Origin: Bacteroidia bacterium
GTDB taxonomy: Bacteria > Bacteroidota > Bacteroidia > UKL13-3
Reading direction: 5' to 3'
DNA length: 64,000 nucleotides
Assembly (NCBI GenBank): GCA_020049855.1
Contig: JAGVLJ010000044.1
Location: 5,900-69,899 of the forward strand
A program made the translations under genes and the position numbers. The notes under the pieces are model-generated. The model worked only from the letters and a program-made list of their open reading frames with translations. It was not told where the DNA came from and made no database searches. How positions within the stretch are numbered: the first letter of the stretch is position 1; the number at the start of each line of letters is the position of its first letter. This document shows positions 27,901-36,986 of the stretch, one piece after another.

Positions 27901-28744
27901 ATATGTGCTGCCGGTTCCGCAGGCCAATTTTAGTTTTACACAACCTGTATGTGCCGGGCAACCCATTTTTTTCAAAGACTCCTCAGATATTATTTACACT
28001 CATTACCGGTGGAATTTACCGGGTGAAGATTCGCTGGTGGCCGATCCTCCCGTAAATACAATAGCATACATTTTTTCTCAGGCTGGAACATATAATGTGG
28101 TGTACACTCCTACGTATACACCACGCCCGGGTTTGCCCTATTGCCCAGATACCATACGTAAAACCGTTCAGGTGGTAGATGTAAAAGCCGATTTTAAAAC
28201 GGACACTGTTCAATCAAAAGATGCAGCATTCTATTTTACTAATACATCGGTAAACGGGGTGCTGTTTCACTGGGACTTCGGACACCCGTCCTCACTGGCA
28301 AAAAATTTCTCCTCGGCATTCAACGGTTTTCATGACTACACCGGAGATACCGGTTATTTTACAGTATGCCTCACTGTTACCAGCCCCGAAGGATGCGTTG
28401 ACAGTGTTTGTAAAGTGGTACACAACGAATTTTATCCGTATATTTTTATTCCAAATGTATATACTCCCGATAATAGTGACGGGTTTAATGACGCATTTGA
28501 TATATCTATTAAAGGAGAAGATTTTTATAACCTGATTATTTATAATCGCTGGGGCGAAGTAGTTTTCAAAGGGGACAGAGATGGGGATAAAAATGATGGT
28601 GTTAACTGGAACGGACGTAAATTTAATACCGGAGAACAATGCCCCTCCGGAACCTATTATTTTATTTTTGAGTATCATTTTTCAAATGATAGATGGAATA
28701 CAGTTAAAAAAGGTCCGGTAATGTTACTAAGGCCCGATAACTAA
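24995..28744 (+). CDS. large secreted PKD-repeat protein with T9SS type-B (gliding-motility-associated) C-terminal sorting domain
   Basis: 1249 aa; signal peptide; at least 6 PKD-like repeats (WDFGDGS, WNFGDGK, WNFGDP, HWDFGHP). The C-terminus (IPNVYTPDNSDGFNDAF...YNRWGEVVF...WNG...GTYYF) matches the type-B CTD. Confidence 0.8.
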   Translation: MNPPISRIRVFLFFCLPLLYCHTAIAQTCSFSASTLRVCLGTPLTFTPVFSGGTPAKFEWDYGDSKKDSVQKPSYKYNSIGTFSVTLKITFVGGAICNAGPLSITVLPLPVADMTVESFPVQCFLGNYFCLKDRSYATAAPLSKRTILWGDGGAIQNTPLSQKDFCQSYASIGTFTPVIEVADTNGCIARKELKDAIKIAVDVDAAFTYSTIFGCGIRSGFLYNKYLTDRNDVKNFWWDFGDGSPPVKNPNLGWDSIGYFYDKPGTFIAKLIFESTGGCFDTFALPIINYPKPNFNITRSISPNPVCYRDRASVFLSASPSPQVVYTWVIFDEFGQNPQPLMGRTTYVPSNFITSCGDFPIRLQAGIMGCDTIFPFDTIHVKGPMADLERTPFTIGNKYQCDGDTAYLPPNNIHFSDFCSTSIKFLWNFGDPYAAQCTTDTRKGINTGMNCNFSQDSIQVKHKYKSGVDSCYNVRMYLIDTVTGCWDYDSANVVVGSPKSTRITASKPWCLYIPIEFDLDNAEPQCEKQNVWIMPDSACGNRTWIKLYDPNFRWIYDYTCNSSGWVTVGFIVQNGNCYDTTWYHNMMYFKDFDGSIVTKVDRTCDSLRITISFRDSLQKGVSLVRWDFENGAFIIVDTLDSNYVKLPSRSYTYYQPGIKTPLVTLRNDSGCERYAYTVINWGHYATFRYDSVICSNSQVTFVDSVRYFHQVMTIDTVPWWRRDTTRHKLFWDFGDGSAIVRGAIPSHIYTMPGIYTVKMTSVDSFNCAYVTERKIRVGGVKAGFGLSDTLFVCGQIVRSYDSSVVLPQQLSGYPQLDSVVAWTWNFGDGKTFSRLKNPYHDYTSYGQFKITLTAFNSNGCMDSVTKVLRIKGPQPFFEVDGDTIGCVPFTVKFKNTSVDTKYWVWGYGDSTVYSSSIFENVQHTYTKPGIYDVRVSGVDSFQNPITQNLYYCTGIFPDILNPFQKRIRIYVLPVPQANFSFTQPVCAGQPIFFKDSSDIIYTHYRWNLPGEDSLVADPPVNTIAYIFSQAGTYNVVYTPTYTPRPGLPYCPDTIRKTVQVVDVKADFKTDTVQSKDAAFYFTNTSVNGVLFHWDFGHPSSLAKNFSSAFNGFHDYTGDTGYFTVCLTVTSPEGCVDSVCKVVHNEFYPYIFIPNVYTPDNSDGFNDAFDISIKGEDFYNLIIYNRWGEVVFKGDRDGDKNDGVNWNGRKFNTGEQCPSGTYYFIFEYHFSNDRWNTVKKGPVMLLRPDN

Positions 28745-28745
28745 A

Positions 28746-29636
28746 TTATTTTAGCGCATCATGCTTGGTCTTCCTTAAACGATACTGGCAAATCCACTCA
28801 TAGCTAACGCTCAGGTTAAGCATGCATATCCATAAAATAAGCCCTATGCTTAGCGGCCAAAATAGCTTTAACGGAACCAATAGATAAGTGTGCATCAACA
28901 GGAAGTAATTGAAAATATCAATGAGGATAACCGGAATGCTGCGAATGGTTAAATAAGCCATTTCTCCTTTTTTATTTCCACAATAAGCCGAGGGTTTAAA
29001 ACCAATGAATATGGCAAACAGGCCATATAGAATTTTTGTAGTCACCAGATAAAACAAAAAAGCAGGGACAAAGCATACAAACGAACAAAGGACAACTACA
29101 CCCAGTAAAAACACTGTCACGAAAGAGGCGGCAAATAAACAAGTAACTACCCCGAGTTGAATTAGGTTAATCGCAGTTACAAGCCTGATGAGGAAGCCCG
29201 TGCCCGAAGTGATTTGAACAGGTTTGAAAACGGCCAAAAAACGAATAGGTGTGCGTGATGCGATTTTAGTTTTTATCCAATAAATAAACGAAAGTGCTTT
29301 TTCAAGTTCCAGCAATATTTCCCAATTGGGCAAGCGAAATACGCCCCTTTTCGGATTGGGCTTAAGGGGTTGTTCAGATGTTATACCACCTTTTAGCAGG
29401 CTATGATCAACTAATACATCATACGCTTCTTTGATGCGAATAAATTCTTCGGCAGCCAGTGATTGTTCGGTAAATGATTGAAACCGGTCGGGGTGTGTTT
29501 TTTTTGCCAATTCCCTGAAACGATCTTTCAGTACTGTTTCATCAAAAACAGGTTCTGGGAGTCCTAATATGAAAAGCGCTTCGGTAACCGACATGCTGAA
29601 ATTTTTGGTAAAGATACAACGCCAAACATCAGGCAA
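28746..29636 (-). CDS. J-domain (DnaJ-like) polytopic membrane protein
   Basis: N-terminal J-domain-like segment (ALFILGLPEP...KDRFRELAKKTHPDR) followed by 5-6 TM helices. An alternative start at MSVTEAL (29594) is possible. Convergent with the PKD protein, separated by 1 nt. Confidence 0.55.
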   Translation of the reverse strand: MPDVWRCIFTKNFSMSVTEALFILGLPEPVFDETVLKDRFRELAKKTHPDRFQSFTEQSLAAEEFIRIKEAYDVLVDHSLLKGGITSEQPLKPNPKRGVFRLPNWEILLELEKALSFIYWIKTKIASRTPIRFLAVFKPVQITSGTGFLIRLVTAINLIQLGVVTCLFAASFVTVFLLGVVVLCSFVCFVPAFLFYLVTTKILYGLFAIFIGFKPSAYCGNKKGEMAYLTIRSIPVILIDIFNYFLLMHTYLLVPLKLFWPLSIGLILWICMLNLSVSYEWICQYRLRKTKHDALK

Positions 29637-29965
29637 CGGTTTAAACCTGATAGGGATTTTTACTCATTTTTTTAGTTTAAATTAACCGATACCTATGCCA
29701 TATCATGTTTAAAAGCCTAAAGTTTATGTATCACTTGTTTTAATTCACAGGGTACAGGAGCTATTGGCCAACAGCGTTTGGCCCAATTTATCTAAACACT
29801 TGTTAGGGAATACAGGCTGCCATTTTTTCAAGACATTGAATAGCAGTGATATAATTAGGATATCAAGCGCAAATTTTTTTGTCAAAGGTCATTCGTCTAA
29901 AAAATTTAAGGCTAAACAGTTAAAACAATTTTCTTTGGCGGGTATTATTCAATGTATAAAGCGAT

Positions 29966-32677
29966 ATGCCCCGATTCAACATCTTACCCCTTAGTTTAAA
30001 AGTAATTTTGGTATTTTTGGCGGGGTATCTTTCATCAAGTGCCCAAACAACTTTTACCGCTTCAAATGGCAATTGGGCTTTGGCATCCAATTGGAGTAAT
30101 GGTGTTCCCTCCGCTTTAGTTGCAGCTACCATTAAGGTAGGGAGTATTTGCACCGTTAATGTTGCTAATGCTCAGTGTGCCTCGTTAACTTTATCCGGTG
30201 GAAACGGGGAAACCACGTTAATCATTTCCAGCGGAAATTCCCTCACCGTAAGCGGAGCAACAACCATTAATGCCCCTACCAATGGCAACAAGACTAATGC
30301 GATAAATGTTTGGGGCAATTTTATCTCTAGTTCGCTTGTTTTAAATACTTCAAATAACAATAACCGTGATTGTGAATTTGCAATGAATGGAGGCACTGCT
30401 ACCATTAATGGCAATATCACTATGAATGGTACTGCTTCCCGAAATGCGATTAATTTTTTAGGAGGCGGCACCTTAAAAGTTACCGGGACAATTTCAGGAG
30501 GAACTATAGTGCCCGGCACCGGAACCGTGGAATTTGGCAATGCAGGTGTTCAAAGTATTCCAGCATACGCTTACAATGATGTTACCATTAGCGGAAGCGG
30601 AACAAAAAGTATTGGAGGAAATTTAACATTTGCTGACCTGATACTTGCCTCCGGTGATTTATCAATTGGTGGAAACTCTTTGATAATTGACGGAACCATT
30701 AGCGGTTCGGGTACAATTACCGGGTCGCTAAGTTCAAATCTTACCATTAATGCTGCCAATAGTTTGCTCATGACACAAACCAACTCTGGTACACGCAGCC
30801 TGAATAACCTTACTTATAACGGGTCAGGTATCCTTTCCATTTCCAATGGTTTGGAGATAGGTGGAACTCTAACAGTGTCTGCGGGTACATTAGCCTCAGG
30901 AGGCAATCTTACCATGACCTCAACTGCCAGCGGAGATGCCCGAATAGCGCAATCAGCCGGTAGTATTACCGGAAACGTCATTGTACAAAAGTTTATTCCG
31001 GCAGGCAGTGGCAGGCGATGGCTGCATATGGGTTCACCTATTCAAAATTTTACATGGAGTCAGGTTATAGATGATATACTTATTTCAGGACCTGTTGCAG
31101 GTGGATTTGATGTGAATGGATCGAATTATCCTTCGGCCTATACTTACACAGAAAGCGTTGCAGGCAATGCGGGACCTAACGGGTGGAATTATCCTTCCAA
31201 TGTAACCAATTCAACCCCCAATGGTCTGGGGTTAAAATTATTTTTTAGAGGAGATCGTAACCCCGGCAGATTAAATTACAACGGGCCTGCACCTAATGCG
31301 GTAACTCTTGATTTTGTGGGAATCGTAAACTCGGGCACTCAGAACATGGGGGTAACATATACTAACAATGGAAATAGTACTTGGGACGGATGGAATTTTG
31401 TTTCTAATCCCTACCCCAGTCCCATAGACTGGAATGCGGCAAGCGGATGGACAAAAACAAATATTAGCGGCACTGTTTACGTTTGGAATGCACAGTCAGG
31501 AACCTATGCTACATGGAATGGTGCAAGTGGTACCAATGGAATGAGCAACGGTCGCATAGCTATGGGTCAGGGATTTTGGGTGAAGGCTACCTCTGCAAGC
31601 CCGAGCTTAGTGATGACCGAGTCTGTTAAAACCGGTATCGCTACAACCGGGTTTTTCAAAACAAACCTGGGAGAAACCCAAACTCTTCGTATTTCCATGG
31701 TACAAGACAGTCTCGTTTGGGATGATGCTGTATTTAACTTCAATGATACCTATACTCCTGAATATGTTAAAGAGAGTGGGGATGCATTAAAATTGTTTAA
31801 CACCAGTTTAAACCTTTGGTCAATTACAAAAGACAATCAGGATTTGGTAATAAATAACCTGTCTTTGCCCGTTGCTATTGATACCATTCTGTTGGGAATG
31901 AAATCGAATCTTGGCGGGATTTTTACGCTTTCCTTTTCAACCGACTCCCTTCCCTCTCATCTTAGTTTATTTTTGATTGATAGTTACCGCAATAAAACTA
32001 TTGATATAAGAAAAGAGAAAACTTGGAAAGTATTAATTAATGTGGAGCCTGAGTCGTATGCCATCGGGCGGTTGAAACTGGTGTTAATTAATCAGAAGGC
32101 AACTGTTATTAATGCTTGGACAGAAACCAATCAAACAAACAAATCAGTTATTGTAAATTGGAGTTCAGCGAATGAAATAAATACTGTTCGTTATGAGTTG
32201 GAGCGTTCAACAAATGGGGTGGATTTTGTTGGAATTGCAACTGTGGATTTGAATGATACACTAATTCTCGCTGCCGGTAATTACTTTGTTACGGATAAGC
32301 ACCCTCAGGTAGGGACGAATTATTATCGAATTAAACGAATAAGCACCACAGGGGTAGTGATTTATTCTGATACAGTTTCAGGCAAAATAATTGAAACCAA
32401 CAGCACAGGTATAAATCAGCTATCGAAATCGGCCATTCAGGTATATCCAATGCCTGTTTCAAACAAAGCTACTTTTGTATTACCTGAACAATTATCGGGA
32501 GATATAAAAATAGAATTGGTTTCTGCAGATGGGAGTGTAGTAGCATCATCAAGTTATACTAAAACTATTTCCGGATCAGAAATTTCTCTTAATACTGCTT
32601 CTTTTACTGCCGGGTATTATATCCTACGAATTAGTTCGGCTACGGCTGTTGTTGTTGCTAAATTAATTAAGCAGTAA
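29966..32677 (+). CDS. secreted beta-helix/adhesin-like protein with T9SS type-A C-terminal sorting domain
   Basis: 903 aa; signal peptide; long Gly/Thr/Asn-rich repeats typical of parallel beta-helix. The C-terminal about 80 aa (VYPMPVSNKATF...YYILRISS...) matches the Por-secretion CTD. Confidence 0.75.
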   Translation: MPRFNILPLSLKVILVFLAGYLSSSAQTTFTASNGNWALASNWSNGVPSALVAATIKVGSICTVNVANAQCASLTLSGGNGETTLIISSGNSLTVSGATTINAPTNGNKTNAINVWGNFISSSLVLNTSNNNNRDCEFAMNGGTATINGNITMNGTASRNAINFLGGGTLKVTGTISGGTIVPGTGTVEFGNAGVQSIPAYAYNDVTISGSGTKSIGGNLTFADLILASGDLSIGGNSLIIDGTISGSGTITGSLSSNLTINAANSLLMTQTNSGTRSLNNLTYNGSGILSISNGLEIGGTLTVSAGTLASGGNLTMTSTASGDARIAQSAGSITGNVIVQKFIPAGSGRRWLHMGSPIQNFTWSQVIDDILISGPVAGGFDVNGSNYPSAYTYTESVAGNAGPNGWNYPSNVTNSTPNGLGLKLFFRGDRNPGRLNYNGPAPNAVTLDFVGIVNSGTQNMGVTYTNNGNSTWDGWNFVSNPYPSPIDWNAASGWTKTNISGTVYVWNAQSGTYATWNGASGTNGMSNGRIAMGQGFWVKATSASPSLVMTESVKTGIATTGFFKTNLGETQTLRISMVQDSLVWDDAVFNFNDTYTPEYVKESGDALKLFNTSLNLWSITKDNQDLVINNLSLPVAIDTILLGMKSNLGGIFTLSFSTDSLPSHLSLFLIDSYRNKTIDIRKEKTWKVLINVEPESYAIGRLKLVLINQKATVINAWTETNQTNKSVIVNWSSANEINTVRYELERSTNGVDFVGIATVDLNDTLILAAGNYFVTDKHPQVGTNYYRIKRISTTGVVIYSDTVSGKIIETNSTGINQLSKSAIQVYPMPVSNKATFVLPEQLSGDIKIELVSADGSVVASSSYTKTISGSEISLNTASFTAGYYILRISSATAVVVAKLIKQ

Positions 32678-32724
32678 TCAAAACAGGGAACGTGATTTCA
32701 CTTCTTTTTCAAGGATATTTACAA

Positions 32725-32937
32725 ATGGCCAATTCTAATAGGGGTAGACATGTTTTATTCGTATTTGGGTTTTTATTAGCTTCTCAATTGTTATTTGCCC
32801 AGGGTGATGGTGGTGGGGGTGATCCTGATGTGCCTATTGACGGTGGACTGGGAATACTGCTTGCTGCCGGTGTAACCTATGGAGTAAAGCGGATAGTAAC
32901 ATCATCAAAGGAAGCTTCTTTTGATGAGCAGGAGTAA
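32725..32937 (+). CDS. mini-protein (about 70 aa precursor) consisting essentially of a signal peptide plus a PEP-CTERM/GlyGly-CTERM-like sorting signal
   Basis: MANSNRGRHVLFVFGFLLASQLLFA | QGDGGGGDPDVPIDGG-LGILLAAGVTYGV-KR-IVTSSKEASFDEQE. Its stop TAA overlaps the ATG of the XrtF-like gene (TAATG). The ORF track begins at a GTG at 32692. Confidence 0.45.
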   Translation: MANSNRGRHVLFVFGFLLASQLLFAQGDGGGGDPDVPIDGGLGILLAAGVTYGVKRIVTSSKEASFDEQE

Positions 32938-33461
32938 TGAAACGTTTTTTGATTCGGGCAGTATTGCTCATCGGTATCTGGTTATTTCTTTTTTATATAG
33001 TCATAATTCCGCACACCCATATTAATCGCGATTTGTGTTATTTGGTTGCAAAAAATACTACCCTGTTACTTTCTTTTTTTGATTCCGGTTATCATGTGTC
33101 ATTTGTGTTTAGGGATAAGTACTTTTTAAATACCGTTTGTTATTACAATACTTGTGTGGTGGGGGTTGGCCGTCCATGCAATGGGCTTGAATTGTTTGCG
33201 CTGTTTACAGGCTTTGTAATCGCCTTTCCTGGAAATTGGAAACATAAACTCTGGTTTATTCCATCAGGTGTTTTATTCATACATGTATTAAATGTTCTTC
33301 GGGTTGCCAGCCTTACCTTAATTCAACTCAATTATCCGAAGTACCTTCAGTTTAATCACAAGTACACTTTTACGGTCATTGTGTATGCCGTTACCTTTTC
33401 GTTATGGATGATTTGGGTAAACCGGTTTGGTGCGGTCAATAAATCATTCCATGAGGCATAA
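32937..33461 (+). CDS. xrtF: exosortase family protein, XrtF-like
   Basis: 174 aa polytopic membrane protein with a candidate catalytic Cys in GRPCNGLELFAL and a conserved-looking Arg (NVLRVASL). Size and lineage fit the Bacteroidetes XrtF subfamily. Overlaps the next ORF. Confidence 0.5.
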   Translation: MKRFLIRAVLLIGIWLFLFYIVIIPHTHINRDLCYLVAKNTTLLLSFFDSGYHVSFVFRDKYFLNTVCYYNTCVVGVGRPCNGLELFALFTGFVIAFPGNWKHKLWFIPSGVLFIHVLNVLRVASLTLIQLNYPKYLQFNHKYTFTVIVYAVTFSLWMIWVNRFGAVNKSFHEA

Positions 33462-33819
33462 AATTCTTTTCGGGTTTCTTGTAGCTACTTTTTTGTTTCT
33501 TTCTGTTACCACAAACCCCGCGGCTATTGCAAGTCTCGGGTTGGTATTCTTATCGTGGGGGCTTACCCTTATTTTATTACAAACCCTTATACTTCACTAT
33601 TGGGCATTGAATAGGCAGATAACCATTTTGTGGCTGGGTTGTTATTTACTTTTGTTTAGCTGTTTATGTTTGTTAAAAAGCAGAATAACCACTCCTTTGT
33701 TAGGTATACATCGGGTTGATTCCCTTCTGAGTTATTCTATATATTTTATTAAATCACCTGTTCCTTTAATGGTAACTTTAGTAAGTATCAGGGTATATCA
33801 TCTAAGCAGGCAACGCTGA
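33451..33819 (+). CDS. exosortase F system-associated small membrane protein (candidate)
   Basis: About 122 aa with 3-4 TM segments. It overlaps the XrtF-like gene by 11 nt (the alternative TTG start at 33427 gives 35 nt), consistent with the obligate XrtF partner gene. Confidence 0.4.
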   Translation: MRHKILFGFLVATFLFLSVTTNPAAIASLGLVFLSWGLTLILLQTLILHYWALNRQITILWLGCYLLLFSCLCLLKSRITTPLLGIHRVDSLLSYSIYFIKSPVPLMVTLVSIRVYHLSRQR

Positions 33820-33867
33820 TACAACTCAATCTTTTTCTGTATTTTTACCGAATTAAATTAAAAAAAG

Positions 33868-34392
33868 ATGAAAGCTCCGTTCAACTTACAACAATGGATT
33901 GCAGAAAATAAACATTTACTCAAACCTCCCGTAGCCAATAAAAACTTGTATCCCGAGGGAAGCGATTATATAGTGATGATTGTGGGCGGCCCGAATGCTC
34001 GCAAGGATTATCATTACAACGAAACAGAGGAGTTGTTTTATCAGTTAGAAGGCGAAATTACGGTAAGAACCCAACAGGATGGCAAAGCCGTTGATATAAA
34101 CCTAAAAGCAGGAGATATGTTTTTACTGCCTGCAAAAATTCCGCATTCTCCCGGTAGAACGGCAGAATCGGTAGGTTTGGTTATAGAGCGAGTTCGGGAA
34201 GGTAAAGGGTATACTGATGGACTATTATGGTTTTGCGAAAAATGCAACACTAAACTTCATGAAACTTATTTTGAGTTACAAAACATTGAAACCGATTTTA
34301 TCCCTCATTTTAAGCATTATTATGGGTCGGAAGAATTACGAACCTGTAAAAACTGTGGGCACGTGATGGAAACTGATCCGCGATTTATATGA
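33868..34392 (+). CDS. nbaC: 3-hydroxyanthranilate 3,4-dioxygenase
   Basis: 174 aa cupin; HAAO signature region (IVMIVGGPNARKDYHYNETEELFYQLEG, FLLPAKIPHSP) and a C-terminal Cys4 rubredoxin-like site (CEKC...CKNC). Confidence 0.85.
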   Translation: MKAPFNLQQWIAENKHLLKPPVANKNLYPEGSDYIVMIVGGPNARKDYHYNETEELFYQLEGEITVRTQQDGKAVDINLKAGDMFLLPAKIPHSPGRTAESVGLVIERVREGKGYTDGLLWFCEKCNTKLHETYFELQNIETDFIPHFKHYYGSEELRTCKNCGHVMETDPRFI

Positions 34393-35411
34393 AAATAGAT
34401 ATTCACGCACATATATTACCCAAAACTTGGCCCGACCTGAAACAAAAATACGGTTACGGGGGATTTGTATACATGGATCATTATAAAGAGGGTAGTGCAC
34501 GCATGATGAAAGATACCGGTCAGTTTTTTCGTGAGGTGCAGCAAAACTGTTGGGATCCTGAGGCTATATTGGTTGATATGGACGCTCATCGGGTTGATAA
34601 AATGGTATTGTGTAACGTTCCTGTACTATTTAATTATTGGGCAAAACCGGAGCATACCCTTGACTGGAGTCAGTTTTTAAATGACCACTTAGCCGGAGTG
34701 CAACAAAATTACGATAATCGGTTTATTGGTCTTGGAACATTACCAATGCAACATATTGATTTTGCAATTCAGGAAATGGAGCGATGCAAAACGCAACTTA
34801 AGTTGCCTGGGATCGAAATTGGTTCTCATATTCAGGAAAAAAATCTGGACGATCCATCTTTCTTTCCGTTTTATGAAGCGGCACAGGATTTAGGAATGGC
34901 CATTTTTGTTCATCCATGGGATATGATGGGACAGGAGAAAATGCCCAAATACTTTTTACCCTGGCTGGTAGGTATGCCTGCCGAAACATCATTGGCCATT
35001 TGTTCTATGATTTTTGGGGGAGTATTTGATAAATTCCCTAAATTAAAAGTCATGTTTGCACACGGTGGCGGATCGTTTCCTTTTACCGTTGGGCGAGTGT
35101 CGCATGGGTGGAACTGCCGTCCCGATTTGTGCAATATAAATGATATTAAAGACCCCCGGGTATATATCGGGAAATTTTGGATTGACGGAATAACCCATGA
35201 TGATGACGCACTGAAGTACCTAGTGAGTATGTTTGGGGCTGAAAAAATTGCTTACGGAACAGATTACCCTTTTCCGCTGGGAGATTTGGAACATGGCAAG
35301 TTCATTGAGCAAATGAAAGACATGAGCGCAGATGTAAAGGAGCAATTACTCAGTAAAACAGCAGCCAACTTTCTGGGACTGGAATTGCCCGAACCGAATT
35401 CCATAAGGTAA
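34389..35411 (+). CDS. 2-amino-3-carboxymuconate-6-semialdehyde decarboxylase (amidohydrolase_2 family)
   Basis: 340 aa; MKIDIHAHILP metal-binding start, and HPWD and HGGG motifs typical of ACMSD. Its start overlaps the HAAO stop (ATGA). Confidence 0.8.
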   Translation: MKIDIHAHILPKTWPDLKQKYGYGGFVYMDHYKEGSARMMKDTGQFFREVQQNCWDPEAILVDMDAHRVDKMVLCNVPVLFNYWAKPEHTLDWSQFLNDHLAGVQQNYDNRFIGLGTLPMQHIDFAIQEMERCKTQLKLPGIEIGSHIQEKNLDDPSFFPFYEAAQDLGMAIFVHPWDMMGQEKMPKYFLPWLVGMPAETSLAICSMIFGGVFDKFPKLKVMFAHGGGSFPFTVGRVSHGWNCRPDLCNINDIKDPRVYIGKFWIDGITHDDDALKYLVSMFGAEKIAYGTDYPFPLGDLEHGKFIEQMKDMSADVKEQLLSKTAANFLGLELPEPNSIR

Positions 35412-35867
35412 CAATTTTATGAATAGAATTAAATAGCACGGTACTTTATACAGCCTTGTGGTTGTGTAGGTTTTAATTCCTGCTTCTTGTCTTTTTTGAT
35501 TGATCTGCGTTGTATTTTCCTTTTTGATTTTGTAAAAAAAACATGCTTATCTATCACTTCTTTTATTTTCGGCTTCCGATGCGTTTATTCTTATGACCCC
35601 ATTACCTATGATCTTACTAAAATAGAATGCAATAATATTTAGTTGAAGCGGGGTTGACCCGCCTATATCAGCATCATGAAAAGATTAATAGACTGAGGCT
35701 ATTTTTAAAATGGGTTTAAATCTTAATAGGATTATTGCTTATTGAGTATTGATATTAAAATTCCATCTCTAATAAAACGCTGGATGAGATTGAACTTGGG
35801 AGACGTATTTTCTTTTTGAATGCCCACAGTAAGCGTTATCTCTAGCACAAACAAAACGAAATATGGA

Positions 35868-36347
35868 TTAGTCCTCAAGTTTTTTTACCAAACGGGCTGG
35901 GTTTCCTACCCACAATTCGTTGTCGGGAACATTTTTAGTTACCACACTCCCTGCGCCTATCATCACATTTTTCCCAATAGTAATGCCCCCTAAGATGGTA
36001 GCATTGGCACCAATAGAAGCACCTGCTTTTAGTATTGTTGTTTGAAACGCATTGGGATATTGTTTGGAACGGGGGTATTTATCGTTGGTGAAAGTTACGT
36101 TGGGGCCAATGAATACATTGTTTTCTATTCGTATACCGTTCCATAAGTAAACTCCGCACTTTACGGTTACATTATTACCTATTACCACATCATCTTCAAT
36201 AAACGTGTGGCTGTTTATATTACAATTTTTACCAATTATTGCACCCCGAAGTACAACGGCAAACTGCCATATCCGGGTTTGAGCGCCTATATTTTTCGTT
36301 TGAACATCGGCTGTAGGATGAATAAAAATTTCCTGGTTGCTATTCAT
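35868..36347 (-). CDS. hexapeptide-repeat (LbH) acetyltransferase
   Basis: 159 aa; tandem [LIV]GxxxxI hexapeptide repeats ([31 protein letters not shown]...). Confidence 0.75.
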   Translation of the reverse strand: MNSNQEIFIHPTADVQTKNIGAQTRIWQFAVVLRGAIIGKNCNINSHTFIEDDVVIGNNVTVKCGVYLWNGIRIENNVFIGPNVTFTNDKYPRSKQYPNAFQTTILKAGASIGANATILGGITIGKNVMIGAGSVVTKNVPDNELWVGNPARLVKKLED

Positions 36348-36986
36348 AACTTCCTTTTTTTTGCAAACGGTAAAAATACTAAAGTAAATCTGAAATTCTC
36401 TGTGATGATTTGGAGAATTGCTTAAACAATAAAGAGGGAATCAATATTTCATCCTTTATTGTTTAAAATTAAATTAAACTATTGGTTATTGTAAATTATT
36501 CAAAATGTTTCCTTCAGGGTGCTTGATTACTCGGCTGCTTTTACGGCAGTTTTCAATTCAGGAAGTGGTGATAAAGCCTTCATACTGCTTCGCTGCTTGT
36601 GGCTGTAACCTGCGGCTGTAAATGTCTGTTATGAGTACTCTAGCCGATACACGCATCGGTTGAACTAATGCACTGTCTCAAGATTTGCTTCCCATTGGGC
36701 GAGCTCTTTTTCTCCATAACTTAAAACCACTATAGCTAATAATTTTCATGTACAAATGCGGTTGATGTAATTTCGTTGAACATAAATTCACCATTAGCTG
36801 AGCATACCTATAATTTCTTTTTGGTGTCCTGAAGCACCTGAAAGGTTTTTGAACTTGAAATCTTTTCCGCCTTGTATAAACACGGGGGAAAGGTTTTATT
36901 TACATACAAAAAGAGTAGAAGCCGTAAGGCAACCCATGCAAATAGAACTCTTCAAATTCTGTATCAGAAAAGGTGAACTTAAGGGT

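Noticed and set aside
36820-36860. Hairpin GGTGtcctgaagCACC plus T-run as the serS terminator
   Set aside because: The T-run is on the plus strand while serS is on the minus strand. On the minus strand the hairpin is followed by A-rich rather than T-rich sequence, so it does not fit a serS terminator. It is retained only as part of the possible small-RNA observation.
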